A stretch of DNA of 64,000 nucleotides. It comes from Eledone cirrhosa (taxonomy: Eukaryota). Below are positions 1 to 12,261 of this stretch, piece by piece. The notes under the pieces are model-generated. The model made no database searches. It was not told the DNA's origin and saw nothing but the letters and a program-made list of their open reading frames with translations. A program made the translations under genes and the position numbers. How positions within the stretch are numbered: the first letter of the stretch is position 1; each line of letters opens with the position of its first letter. The stretch is from contig OZ024757.1 in NCBI GenBank assembly GCA_964016885.1, positions 30,628,001 to 30,692,000 of the forward strand, read 5' to 3'.

Positions 1-294
1 ATTGAATCAAATATCATCTCCCTTAGGGAAAGGGCAAGAACCTGGGTTGGATGGGACATTTTTGAAACTGTTTTATATGGTGGGCTACCCTTTATGGGAT
101 ATAGGGATATAGTGTGCATATTCTAGAAAATTAGATCGCACATATCTAATATGTATATATCGATCTACGTGTAGATTATAAAGTACGACTCGACACTGAA
201 TTCTGTTTGAAAGACTTTTTTCCTACCTAAGCTGATAATCTTTTTTTTTCTTTTAGCAGTTTCGGTTCTAAATAATGTTTGTTTTTACAAAAGT

Positions 295-296
295 AT

Positions 297-338
<42 letters not shown>

Positions 339-690
339 TGATATATATATATGTATGTATATGCATATATATATATACACTATGTATGTATATATATATA
401 TATATGTGTATGTATATATATATATATATACACTGATATATATGTGTGTATGTATGTATATATATATATATATATACTGATATATATTATGAAATACTGT
501 TGGCTTCACGCTCACAATAATTTCTATACTTTCATTGATATATACTGATATATATACATATATAGTTATATATGTATATAATATATATGTATATAATTAT
601 ATATACATATATATATATATATGTATATACTTATATATGCATATATAATTATATATACATATATGTATATACTTATATATACATACACTT
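295..690. repeat. Compound (AT)n/(ATGT)/(AC) microsatellite
   Basis: Dinucleotide runs seen directly; explains the Y/I/H/T-rich spurious ORFs. Confidence 0.95.
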
Positions 691-930
691 ACGTATATGA
701 TTTTTTTTTTTTTACCGCTAAGCCATTTACCAGCTGTGGAAAAAGCAGGGAGGTATTTTTTTTTTCAAAAATAAACATGTATATTAAATATATAATATAT
801 ATTGAATGTATCAAATATATATTATATATGTATATGTACATAACGCTCATAAAACAGTATTTGACTTTTGTTTAATATCGATGCCTAATATGTTATTGTT
901 TTCTTTTTGCTTTTTTTTTTTTTTTCATAG

Positions 931-1000
931 ACTTTCTATGTACATTTTTACCTGCTGATTCCAGTTTTTTATTGAATCCTTATTTACCAGAAAGTGGGAG
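931..1000 (+). other. Candidate non-coding 5' UTR exon of ELAV-like gene A
   Basis: Long polypyrimidine tract ending CATAG at 930 and GAG|GTAATT donor at 1001; a further acceptor TTTTCCCAG at 4013 precedes the CDS. Confidence 0.5.
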
Positions 1001-1132
1001 GTAATTTTTTATTTTTTTTTTTTTTTTAATATATATATATATAATTGTTTACCTGCTCAAAATAATTTACTCTTAAATATTAAAAAAAAAAATTGAATAT
1101 GACTTCAGAATCTAGAAATACAAGTTGGCTTT

Positions 1133-1165
<33 letters not shown>

Positions 1166-1627
1166 CAAATTATCATCATCATTTTTGTTTCCCCCCTCCC
1201 GACCCAACCCCCACATCAACCAACAGTCGTCTTTGTTTTTCTTTTGCAACAGGGAAGTGTCGAGAGATGGTTATCACTACTAATTTAGTCTTGGGGATGA
1301 TAAGATCAAATCAAATATTCTTTCTCTCACTCTGTCTCTCTCTACTCTTCTGACTGAATGATGCAGCAGATAGCACATAATATATTATGGTGTACATAAT
1401 AATTTTTTTCTTTTCAAGTGGGTTCATAGTGTTTTTATTACTACCCAGAATGTAAATTCCTCTCCATAGCTATGCATATATGGAAGAAATAAACTTGAAA
1501 AGTATATTTCCTTTCAATTTCTTTCCCCCTCCCCACTAATTTAATGGCACTTCGCTGTTGCTTATTTTGCATGAATTTCTCTGACCAATTTGAGTGAGCA
1601 TGTTGATTTGTCTTGTCTATGGATTTA

Positions 1628-1689
1628 GGTGAAAATATATTAATGTGAAACGATAACCGGTGAAAATATATTAATGTGAAACGATAACC
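1628..1689. repeat. Perfect 31-bp tandem duplication
   Basis: ggtgaaaatatattaatgtgaaacgataacc at 1628-1658 and 1659-1689. Confidence 0.95.
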
Positions 1690-4123
1690 TACTCTTCAAT
1701 GCGACTGTTTGTCTTGTACGTCTAATTTCAGATTTGAAATCAAAAATATTAATAAATCTCTAAATCGATATAGAATGTATTTTTACAAATTTAGTTTGCA
1801 TGCTGTTTTAGGGAGAAAGTCATAGAAACCGATTCTGAAGTTATATTTTTATAGCTTAACCAAAATAATTTTTTTAAAAATCTCTGCTACCTTGATAAGC
1901 TTTTTGTGTGGATGTAGGTCTCTGAAGTTGCATTTTTTCTTTTTTCTTTTATTTTTTTTTTTGTATTTTACTTTTGCTCTTGAAACATGATCACCTTTTT
2001 ATTATTATTCCTTAGCTTAGGTGTTTTGCATTTTCAGATGAGTTGGCTATATCAATTCTTTAATATATTGAATCAATTACATTGTGGAATAGTCATTTTA
2101 ACCATTCAAAAACACGCGCACACAAAAAAAAAAAAAAGGTGTTATATTTCAAGATTTTCATCTATTTAAATGTGTCGGGTTTTTGTCGCACATTCTTTGC
2201 AACCTGGTCACTGACACAACTTTCACTGTAAAATTTTTGACTTACAGTGAGAATGCTAGTGACCACTTTGCAGAAAAGTGCAATGACAATTTTGACACCA
2301 CTGAATATATGGAAAGCAAACGCAATAGTTTTGTGTGTTTTTCTCACTGTCTAAAATGACTCTTCCATCATGTAATTGCTTCAGTTTCAAGGCATATGAA
2401 GTCACTTTACTTGTAACACAAGTGCAACTCGTATATTTTGAATATTCTATTAGAAATATATTTCTATGTCATCTCGCCCCCCTCCCCTACATAAATGATC
2501 AGATGTATACATGCCACTACGTCTTCTTGCAGTAATGACTGTGAAAAAATGTAATGGCAAAGTAGAGTAGAGTTCCAGATTTTACTATTCTTTATCAAAT
2601 TGGGGAAACTGTTATAAACTTGAAATTGTTTAAAATAAACATTGGGTAGATATGGGTTCAATTCCTATTCGTTTCAAACTTTTTTTTAATTTCCTCGTGA
2701 GTGAATACACTCTTTGTATTATTAGCATGTAAACTTGTTTTACATAAATCAATAATTTATTCTCTCATATGTCATTTTGCTGTGTATATATATAAAAAAA
2801 AAATCAATCAATTTGTTTCAATGATGCAAATTGATTTGGAATGCGTTTTTAAAATTTACGACCACCCAAATTAAATTTAGTTTATTTTTTTTTATCCCCT
2901 TCCCAAGTATTGATGATGGTAGCATTGCGACCTACAATATTATTTTAAATCTTAGAATTTTTTTTGTCTCTGTCAACAGATATTTTGTTCCGTATGATTT
3001 TTTTAAAAATATATATATAATATAAATTTCTGTATTGTGAATATCATGAGATATCACATTTAATGTGTCTTATACTGGATAAAACTTAATAAAATTTCAT
3101 TATTCATTGAAGATATAGTATGAAGACAAAAGTGCAGCAGTGTTCTCCATGATACATTTCATTGAATACTCTGTGTGCTGGCTTTCGAAAAAGGAAGAAA
3201 AATTGTATATAGGGGGGTTACCAAAAAAGAAAATGAAAAAACCGAACAAGAATACAAAACACCCACGTGTTTGATTAAATGGTTGAAATGTAAATGTTAT
3301 ATTTAGGACGATTATTTATTGAACTAATCAATTTTATATTATTCCTAAATATTTGTCGAACATAATTTGCAAATCTTACGTTTTCGTATTGTTTATAGAA
3401 TTCAATTTGATTAACATTACAATTCTGTTGCTGCTGCTATTATTATTATTACTACTACTACTACTTGATTTTAACATTTACTATAAGCGTTGATATTGCT
3501 CAAGTTTGTCATAGAGATAATACCGAAAGATATTTGGGAAATATAATGTATTCATTTTGATACTGAGTGCTTTTTGTTGTTGTTGTTTTGTTGTTGTTGT
3601 TGCTGTTGTTTAAACACTCTTCAAGCGTGAAGTATAAATGATACTGTTTGGTTTAAAATACGATTTATGCTTCAGATTCTAACTTAATGTTTGAAGGGAA
3701 GTTAATAATATTGTATAATAAATAGCTAAAGGAATTTGACAAGTTCTAGAACTGTTCTCGTGTTTTTATTAAGTCTGGATCTCTGATGACACGTCTATTG
3801 TTTTTAGTCCTTTAAAAACTACTTTACATTTCAACAATTTAATATTAGATGTCAGGCTTGTGGATTTTCCTTTCCTCTCTACCCTTCTGTGCACAATATT
3901 TATAAGGGACCATGCTGTATTTGATCGCTACTCATATGGAGAACACTGAAGCAATATTATATTGAGAAAGTTTTTTTTTTGTACTGTCTATATGTTTTCT
4001 TGAATTTTCCCAGGAATCCTCTGATATAATTTTCTTTTTTTTTTTTTTTTTTTTATCTTCTCCCCAATGGAGGAACATACATATTACCTGGAAGTTCTTG
4101 ATTGACTGCGATACATTTTCAAG

Positions 4124-5050
4124 ATGGAGATGGACAACAAGCGTACCAACCTGATAATTAATTACATCCCACAAACTCTTACTGATGAAGAGTTTCGTTC
4201 TATGTTTCTAAGCATTGGTCCCATCAAATCTGCTAAAATAGTGAGAGACAAAGCCACTGGCTATAGCTATGGTTTTGGTTTTGTTGATTATGAGAATGTC
4301 GAGGATGCTCAGCGAGCAATGCAAACATTGAATGGACTTCAGATGCAGAATAAAACCATTAAAGTTGCTTTAGCGAGGCCTGGTGGTGAGGAGATCAAAG
4401 GGGCTAATTTATATGTTAGAAATCTTCCTAGGCATTACCAGCAGATGGACTTGGAACGTCTTTTTCAGCAATTTGGAACAATTATACAGTCAAGAGTTTT
4501 GACAGACCAGGCTACTGGTGTGTCAAAAGGTGTTGGTTTTGTTCTGTTTGATCAGAAGAAGCAAGCTGAGGAAGCAATAAACCAGATAACTGGCACAGTT
4601 CCTGCTGGTGGTACAGAAGCTCTACTTATTAAATTTGCTGATGACAATGCAAAGAAGGTACGTCCCCCTGCAATGCCCTACATCAATACTGCTCCATGCT
4701 TCCCAGCACCTGGTCCAATGCGAAGTCCTGGCAATAGGTTCCGTTATAATCCGGTTACAGGCAATTACTCAACACCTAACTCTGGTTTGAGCCTCTCCCA
4801 GGGAGGATATGTTATTTTTGTATACAACATTGGAGCCAGTTCTTGTGAAAAAACGTTGTGGCAATTATTTTCTCCCTTTGGAACAGTCCAGAAAGTGAAC
4901 ATTATGAGGGATCATCAGAAGGGACAATCTAAAAATTATGGTTTTGTTACAATGACCAATCTTCAAGAGGCTCAGAATGCAATTGCACGACTTAATGGCT
5001 ATGATTATGCTGGTTGTGGTCGACCTCTACAAGTGAAGTTCAAGAACTAG
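4124..5050 (+). CDS. elav: ELAV/Hu/Sxl-family RNA-binding protein A, 3 RRMs, 308 aa, intronless CDS
   Basis: RRM1 TNLIINYIPQ...GYSYGFGFVDY; linker KTIKVALARPGGEEIKGANLYV; RRM2 SKGVGFVLF; hinge RFRYNP; RRM3 IFVYNI..LWQLFSPFG..YGFVTM..LNGY..LQVKFKN. Good start context (AAGATGG). Exact subfamily needs a phylogeny. Confidence 0.95.
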   Translation: MEMDNKRTNLIINYIPQTLTDEEFRSMFLSIGPIKSAKIVRDKATGYSYGFGFVDYENVEDAQRAMQTLNGLQMQNKTIKVALARPGGEEIKGANLYVRNLPRHYQQMDLERLFQQFGTIIQSRVLTDQATGVSKGVGFVLFDQKKQAEEAINQITGTVPAGGTEALLIKFADDNAKKVRPPAMPYINTAPCFPAPGPMRSPGNRFRYNPVTGNYSTPNSGLSLSQGGYVIFVYNIGASSCEKTLWQLFSPFGTVQKVNIMRDHQKGQSKNYGFVTMTNLQEAQNAIARLNGYDYAGCGRPLQVKFKN

Positions 5051-5808
5051 TGATTTATAGGAAACTCCCCTTATTTTTTTAAATAACACATTTTTTTTTT
5101 GTAAATTCCCTCTCCCATTTCATTTTTTTTTTTAATATCATTAAAATTTCATGCTGAAGGACATACATTATAGGTTTAAAAAAGCCATGAAATAAAAGTA
5201 TTATGGTGTATCCTGGGATTTCCCCCACCCCCTCTCCTTCCTCTCATTTCCCACTTTTTTTTTTGTCATGAGTTTTTTTTTTTCTCCTCTCACAATTTTT
5301 TTTTTCTACTTCCATAAAACAACCCCTGTCATATAAAAAAAAAAAAAGAGCTCTAGTCTGTCTGAACTAGAGGTTTAGTTTATCATTTATTGCTATTTAC
5401 TGTAAACCAAATAGGTTTTACTTGTTGAAACATTTTATCGAAAATACATTATGTATCTTAGAAAACATAAATCGCTTTTAGCGAAGTATTTTTTTTTTGT
5501 TTTGTCTTAATTTTCTCTCTGTCTATCAGAATTAGCTATGAAAATGCTACCATTGAGCACACTCAAAACAACCTTACTGCACATGAAAGCTGTCACTATC
5601 TTGACTAAGCAAATATGTCCTATTATTCCGGTATTTTTTTTTTTTAATTTGATTTAATTTCACAATTCCATAAGGTTTCTAATAGCTTTAATATGCAGTA
5701 ACAATATTTACTGATTTTGAGTTGTTCATTTGTTTGCTTAGGGTTGGTTGGTTGTGTGTGTGTTTATATTTGTGCTTGCCTGTGTGTGTTCTTTGCGTAT
5801 GAGACCAC

Positions 5809-5839
<31 letters not shown>

Positions 5840-8736
5840 TATACATATATATATTTTTTCAAATACTTGCATAAGATTTTTAAATATTTCGAAAAATAAC
5901 TGAATTGTTGGAAAATAAAACCTTCTATACTTAGCAGACTAATTTTTAATGAATTTCTTTGGTTAATGGATGATATATACACCCACACACATCTATATAT
6001 TGTCCAGCCCATGCCAGGATGTAAAATGATATGTGTGTATATGTGTATGTATATATACATATATGTGTATATGTGTGCGTGTGTATATACATATGCATAT
6101 ATTGAAATCCACTTGACAGTAAAGTCTTAAAAAAAAATTCTAATTAAATGCTTGATAGGTAAGGCCATTATTAAGTTTTTAATTTTCACAACTTAAGATA
6201 ACAGCTGCTGGCTTTTTATTTTGGCAATTAGTTTGGAACTGATTTCTAATTTGTTTCCACTAGATAGTATTGAAGACATAATTAGTTGTAGGATATATTT
6301 AAGAAAAAAAAACAAAACAAAACATTATTGGGTAATGTAATTTTAATTAAAGAATTTCCATTTTATGTTGAAATAAATAGCACTGGGAAACAGGTACATT
6401 TAACATTCTGCTGTTTTCTGAGCAACCTATACATCAAGTAAAAGTCATTGGGAGGGAAATAAGCTTCCATCGACCAGGAATGCCAGTTTCTGTTTCCAGT
6501 TTTTTTTTTTTACCATTAACGAGATGAATGAAGACATAAAATATTCCAATGAAGATTCCAATTTATCCACCAAGATCTTCCTGTAATTGTTCGGAAGACT
6601 CGCTTAGTTTTGAAATAAAGAACTATATTTATTTCTGTGCAGGTAGGTTCAACTTTCTTCTTCTATCCCTTCCTTCAGATAGAGATAAATAGGGTAGATT
6701 TGGTGAATTCAACGTCTTTTAAGAGCTCATTTCTCTGAAAGCAAAAGCATTTGGCTGGTATTGTTATTTTTTTAATTTTTTTTTTTTTTTTTGTTGAAGT
6801 TTTTAAAAATAAAAATAATGGGTCTTTTAAGTGTAAAAGTTTCAATGTGTCCCTTAAAATGTCTTCCTTCAGCTGATATCATTCTTTTTTCTTTTGATTC
6901 GTGAATATTTAAAAATAGTTTTTAAAGCTTTGGAGTGTAGCTGTGGTTATTTATAAAATATATTGAAATTAATAGAGGAAAACTTGTCTGATATTTTGTG
7001 AGTTCTTTTTGCCATATCTGACTAGTTGGGTGTTTTAACTTCTGTTTTGTGGATCATTCTCTCGTGTTATGTTCTCATTATTTTATAACTTGATTTGGTT
7101 TCAAAATTTTAACTCAAAAATGTTAATGGTCAGACGGAAACATGTTAACCATATTTCATAACATCCCCGTGTTACTTTGAAGTTCATCTGTTTTACTATT
7201 TCTGTACCTATGATTAGATTTTGTTAAAATGTAGTTGCTGTTAGAAAAATTATTTATGTAAGCAAAGTGAGCAAACTTGTGTTATAACTATTGTGATTTT
7301 GTGTTCAAAGGTAATGAATCCATCTTAGTTTAAAACAGCTTTCATGTTTTCACATTTTTAATATCTGTAAAAAGTTTTGATAATCTTATGAAATTTTGGG
7401 GAAAGATTCCCTATAAACAAATATTTGTAAATGTTTTACAACTTGCGTGATATTGTTTTAGATAGATGTGTATTTTGTCATACTATTGAAGTAGGCTATC
7501 CAGTTTCAAGAAAACCTTAAAACTCTAATTACTAACCCAGTGTAATTAGTATTTTAAGTTGTAGCAGATTTTTATATTAAAAGAATTACTTTTATGTTTT
7601 GAGGTGTGGTTATTTAAAGCAGTTTTTCACTTAGCCTTTAGAAAAAAAATAGTATTTTTTAATTTTGAATTTTAAATTCATCATAGATCAATTTCAATAC
7701 AATTTTTTTTTTCATTTTTGCTTGTGGCTCAAACCAAACTGTCATGTTTTGTCATGACACCCATATACGATTTAAGTTTTTTTTTTTTTTCAAACAGCTC
7801 TCTAGTTCAAATGTTTCAATATTTTTTTTTAAATTCAGAAGTTTAAAATATCTAAATCCATATCCCATTTAAAAAAAAAAAAAAAAAGCCAGGTATTTAT
7901 CTTAATCCTGTAGACTTTTAATCCTATTTATGAGTGGCTGGCCTGTGTGATAAAGTACCTCCCGATCTCATTACAAAAGGTGTTTTTTTTTATAGATGCT
8001 TAAAAATTGCCAAGTAAATTTAGTCGTTTTAATTAAGTACCTACAGCAAATAGCTTTTCTCACAAACTTTGCTTTTAAATCTTTGATAAAGGAATATGTG
8101 TGAGAAACATTGCATAAAATATAAGGTTAAAAATGATATAAACATTTTAAATTGCAGATACTATCAATTTCAAACTACACCTTATACCAAAGACCCATTA
8201 TTTTATTTTATCTTTTTTTTTCTTCTATATCTTCATGATTTGTCAACCCTCTCTCCCCCTATTTATCTATCCTTCCTCACCCCTCTACCTGAATTATTAT
8301 TCCCACTGATCCCTCTCCCCTCCCCTTTTTTTAAAACTGTAAACTTAGTTGACCATGGAACCCCAGTGTACTTCATACCTACTACTGTGCTTTGTTATTG
8401 CTTTTGCCTACCCAGGACTGTCAGGAGGCTTGTTGCATTATTTATTATAGATTGCTTTAGTTTATACATTCAATTAGGTTCAATTAGGCTGTTCCTTACT
8501 GGTCCCATCAAGGACCAAAAAAAAAAAGCCCTCACATCATGGTAGCTATCTGGAGTATTTGACACCCTTTTCTTTTATTACTACTTCATTGTTGCCAGAT
8601 TATTTTTTTAAGTAAAGTTAATTCAATTGAAAATAACTTGAATTTTTTTTTGCCGTTTTTTTTTCTTCTTCTAAATCTGAAATTTAAATGAAATATAAAA
8701 ATCTAACTTTACATTGAGTGTTCTGCAATAAATAAA
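5051..8736 (+). promoter_or_regulatory. Probable long U-rich 3' UTR of ELAV-like A with proximal and distal AATAAA
   Basis: No recognisable transposon in 3.7 kb, many T8-T20 tracts, AATAAA at 5191 and overlapping AATAAATAAA at 8727-8736 followed by T/GT-rich sequence. Confidence 0.5.
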
Positions 8737-9145
8737 TTTTGTTTTATCATTGACATAAGCTAAATTGCTCGACTGACAATCCCAACCACTTTTACATTTC
8801 AGGGTTATGGAAGAACCAGAGGACCACATGGTGTTTACCATTCTCATCAGAGATAAAAGTCTTAATCATGGTCTGGGTGGGTAACATATTAGTACAATTC
8901 TACAAGCTGAACTTCTTTTGGTTATTATTATTTTTTATCTTCTAGTAATTCTGATTCACAATGCTAAATGTAAATACGTTTAAGCATTGTGTAATCTTTT
9001 AGAACTAAAAATATTCTCTCTGTTTCAGGGGAACTACATAGATTGAATTTTCTTTACTAATGGTAAGTATATTATATTTATCTAATAAAAAAAAAAAAGT
9101 TTTAAGTTGTGTTTGAAACATGAACTTAATGAGAAAGTAATACTA

Positions 9146-9222
9146 TTTAGCATTTACATTACTCGATATTTTCATGTTGACGCTTTACCTCGAATCTATG
9201 AGCTGCCGGTTTAAATGCTAAA
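9146..9222. mobile_element. Internally deleted relic of the TTAA-MITE family
   Basis: tttagcatttacattactc ... ccggtttaaatgctaaa ends match the MITE copies at 31.1-31.9 kb. Confidence 0.6.
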
Positions 9223-10886
9223 GTATATATTTATTTAAAAAAACTCCCACCATAATTTTAAAACAAGAAGTTTTAAGTTGCTTTTCAAACACAGATAGAT
9301 TTACAAAGTTATACTATTCTTATTTTCGAAATGACTTGAAAATTATTGGGAGTATTTTTCATTACGAAAGGGTTTACATGTCGACTAAATTTTGCTTTCT
9401 ATTACTATTGAATTCTCCGTATTTAATGTTAAGTTTCTCATACATTTTCTTTTTTCATATATATTTCAGGATTAATTTCATTTGAACTTTGATGTTTAAA
9501 GGTAACCAAAGAAACTATTGTAGACCAAAGAGATGAGATAAACATTTTCTTTTGAAAAATATAACCAAAGAATTTTTTTTTGTTCTTTTTTTTTTTTAAA
9601 AAAAAAACATTTAATGCATTTATTGACCAAATTATTTTCATACTTCTCAATGAAATTCCATCTTAATTTTGCATTCTCTGGTTGACATTAGAAAATAAAA
9701 AAACTAAGCACCATTTTCATTTGTGCTATTATTTGAAAGTTTAAAAGGGTCTTTCTTTATTCTTGCTTCGACCCCTCTGGTAAGCAAATTCTACAGCTTC
9801 ACTGAAGTTTTTTTTTTTAAAAGAGCTAATTTGCCAAATGTAATTTCAACATTCTGAAAAAATACAAAGCACCTTATTTGTCACATTGAGATGAGATGAG
9901 GTGAAACAACACACCGAGTCAGCTTGAGTCAATATATTTATTATACCAAGACAGTTCTTTATAAGATATTTCTTCAATAGATTTCATGAACTGAAATGGA
10001 AAGATTGGGGGGACAGGGGGTGAATATATAATTCAAAGTCATGATTGCCTTAGCAATGTGGAGGGGTCAGGTGAGAAGCACTGGAGCAAAACAATTTTTG
10101 TGGCAGCATTACAGCCAGCAGAATTTATTTATAAGAAAATATTACAAGGAATGATCTGAGATGTTTGTTTTGTATTTTATTCATGAAGACACCTAACATA
10201 ATTGAGGAGTAATGAATAGTGGAGCGGTCAAACCAATATTTTCTGCCTTAGTATGGGGGGGAGGGGGAATTAGCTTTCTTACTACAGGGGAAAGGAAGAA
10301 AAAGTAGCAGGTGGAGTGGGGGAAAAAACGTATAAAAATAAATTCAATAAATTAAAACAAAATGGGGACATGAAATAAAATCAGGGGTTCTATTTCTCAG
10401 TGAACTGCTGCTTTTGTGTATTGAAGCCACAAAACATGCTATCCCTTAGTACCAAGGTTTGAGGATATTTTTTGTCTTTTTTTTTTTTGCTTTTTTTTAC
10501 ACACATCTATTAATACAAGATGTTACCATTTAAGTTCTTTTGAAATTAAGTAAGGTAACTTATAAAGAAATAATAATAAAAGAAAATGCAACAACTATTG
10601 TATTGCCACTAATTAGCTTTTTAAGAACAATATGTAATTATAATAAATTTAAAAAGAAGGGGGAAGCTGCCATTTCATAAAATTACTGATAACTTTGTAA
10701 CCTTTGAGTGATACAATGATACAGAGTTGTTTGCAGCCTCAATGCCATTTTTATCTTCCACAGTAAAGAAGCCGAAAAGTAAAATAATAGTAAAACAAAA
10801 TAAGATTATAGAATATATTTAACTAAAAGAGGTAAAAAAATTAAAAAAGGGATAAATGAAAAAGTAACCCATAAGACTCAAGTAAA

Positions 10887-11849
10887 TTATTTGTTTTTAA
10901 AAGAAACTTGGAGAGGACCCCAACCGCGATAGCGATACCCATTGAGGCGTCCGACAGCGTTTTCTGCTTCGTGCTGGTTAGCCATCGTAACGAAGCCATA
11001 ACCTTTTGTCTTTTGCTGTACACGTACAATATTGGCCTTTTGCACAGTGCCAAAACCACAGAAAAGCTGGCCCAGGTCAGATTCATCCATATTGCCAGTA
11101 TTGTAGATAAACAACACTGGGCTGTTAGAGATGTCATTGCTGGGGTTGGGGTTGGGGTTAGGGGAGTAATTGACAGGCACCGGACTTGTAAATCGTTCAT
11201 TACGCATGAGCATAGGCGTGGAGAAAGTTTGTGGTTGTATGCTGTTGTTATTGTTCATGTATTGTTGTTGTTCATGTGGAGGGCGTGTTTTTTTAGAATT
11301 AGGAGCTTCGTTAGCAAATTTAACTATGATGGGCTCACTACCACCTGGAGGTATAGTTTGATTCAAGTCAGCAATGGCAGCTTCTGCCATCTTTTTCTGA
11401 TCATACAAAACAAAGCCAACTCCTTTAGATTGGTTGGTATTTGGATGTGTCATTATTCTGGAACGGATGATAATACCATAAGGTTCAAACAGCTTGACAA
11501 GGTCACTCTGAGCATAATGATTAGGTAAGTGGCTCACGTAAACATTGGCCCCTTTCACACCAAGTCCACTCGGCCTAGCGAGAGCCACTTTGATTCTTTT
11601 GTTCTCAATATGGAGTCCATTTAAAGTTTGAACTGCTCTTGCAGCATCCTCTGGGTGTTCATAATCAACAAACCCAAACCCATAGCTGTATCCTGTAGCT
11701 CTGTCTTGAATGATTTTAGATGACTTAATTGGCCCAATGGTCAGGAACATGGCTCGGAATTCTTCATTGGAAAGACTTTGTGGGATATAATTCACTATTA
11801 AATTGGTTAGATTGCCACCATTATCTTCGCAGTGATCGTCTGTTGCCAT
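10887..11849 (-). CDS. elav: ELAV/Hu/Sxl-family RNA-binding protein B, 3 RRMs, 320 aa, intronless CDS, divergent paralog of A
   Basis: TNLIVNYIPQSLSNEEFRAMFLTIGPIKS..ATGYSYGFGFVDY, KVALARP, SKGVGFVLYDQKK, KGYGFVTM, PLQVSFKNK; collinear with gene A. Start context GCCATGG; minus-strand splice acceptor at 11997-11998; candidate minus-strand AATAAA at 9937-9942. Confidence 0.95.
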   Translation of the reverse strand: MATDDHCEDNGGNLTNLIVNYIPQSLSNEEFRAMFLTIGPIKSSKIIQDRATGYSYGFGFVDYEHPEDAARAVQTLNGLHIENKRIKVALARPSGLGVKGANVYVSHLPNHYAQSDLVKLFEPYGIIIRSRIMTHPNTNQSKGVGFVLYDQKKMAEAAIADLNQTIPPGGSEPIIVKFANEAPNSKKTRPPHEQQQYMNNNNSIQPQTFSTPMLMRNERFTSPVPVNYSPNPNPNPSNDISNSPVLFIYNTGNMDESDLGQLFCGFGTVQKANIVRVQQKTKGYGFVTMANQHEAENAVGRLNGYRYRGWGPLQVSFKNK

Positions 11850-11857
11850 GGCAACAG
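11840..11857. promoter_or_regulatory. Perfect 18-bp palindrome containing the RFX X-box consensus, overlapping the ELAV-B start codon
   Basis: CTGTTGCCATGGCAACAG is its own reverse complement; GTTGCCATGGCAAC is the optimal RFX site. Function is inferred. Confidence 0.5.
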
Positions 11858-12261
11858 TACCTCGTCTGTCATAACAGCTCCAACACAGTTATTTTGTTAG
11901 CAGTTGCAACAGTTATTGCTAACAGTTGCAAAGCAGGGACTTTTTCTTTCCCAACTCCAACACAGGTATCAACAGTTGTGCAGGGACCTTTTCTCCCTAG
12001 AAAACGAAAAGAAAAAACATTTTAATTCAAAAATACACATAATTATAAATAAAATTGATGTGGTTCGTTTTTCGAAATCAACCAAACTAACAACACCTGT
12101 AGAACTCCAGAAGCACACAAGTGTCTTGACAATACTCGAAAAGATTACACAGAACATTGTCAACATTCCACTTATACTTCTATCTCGATCCATCCACAAG
12201 AAATAATAAACTTGTTATAAATGTGCCAGGTGCACTATTATGTATCTGTCAGTTTAAGATT

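Noticed and set aside
6625-6648. TTTCTGTGCAG|GTAGGT recursive-splice-like motif
   Set aside because: Lies in a probable 3' UTR with no long intron context, and such motifs arise by chance.
10908-11528. 206-aa ORF antisense to ELAV-B, and 24171-24629 antisense to FLASH
   Set aside because: Shadow frames of real coding sequence with no recognisable motifs.
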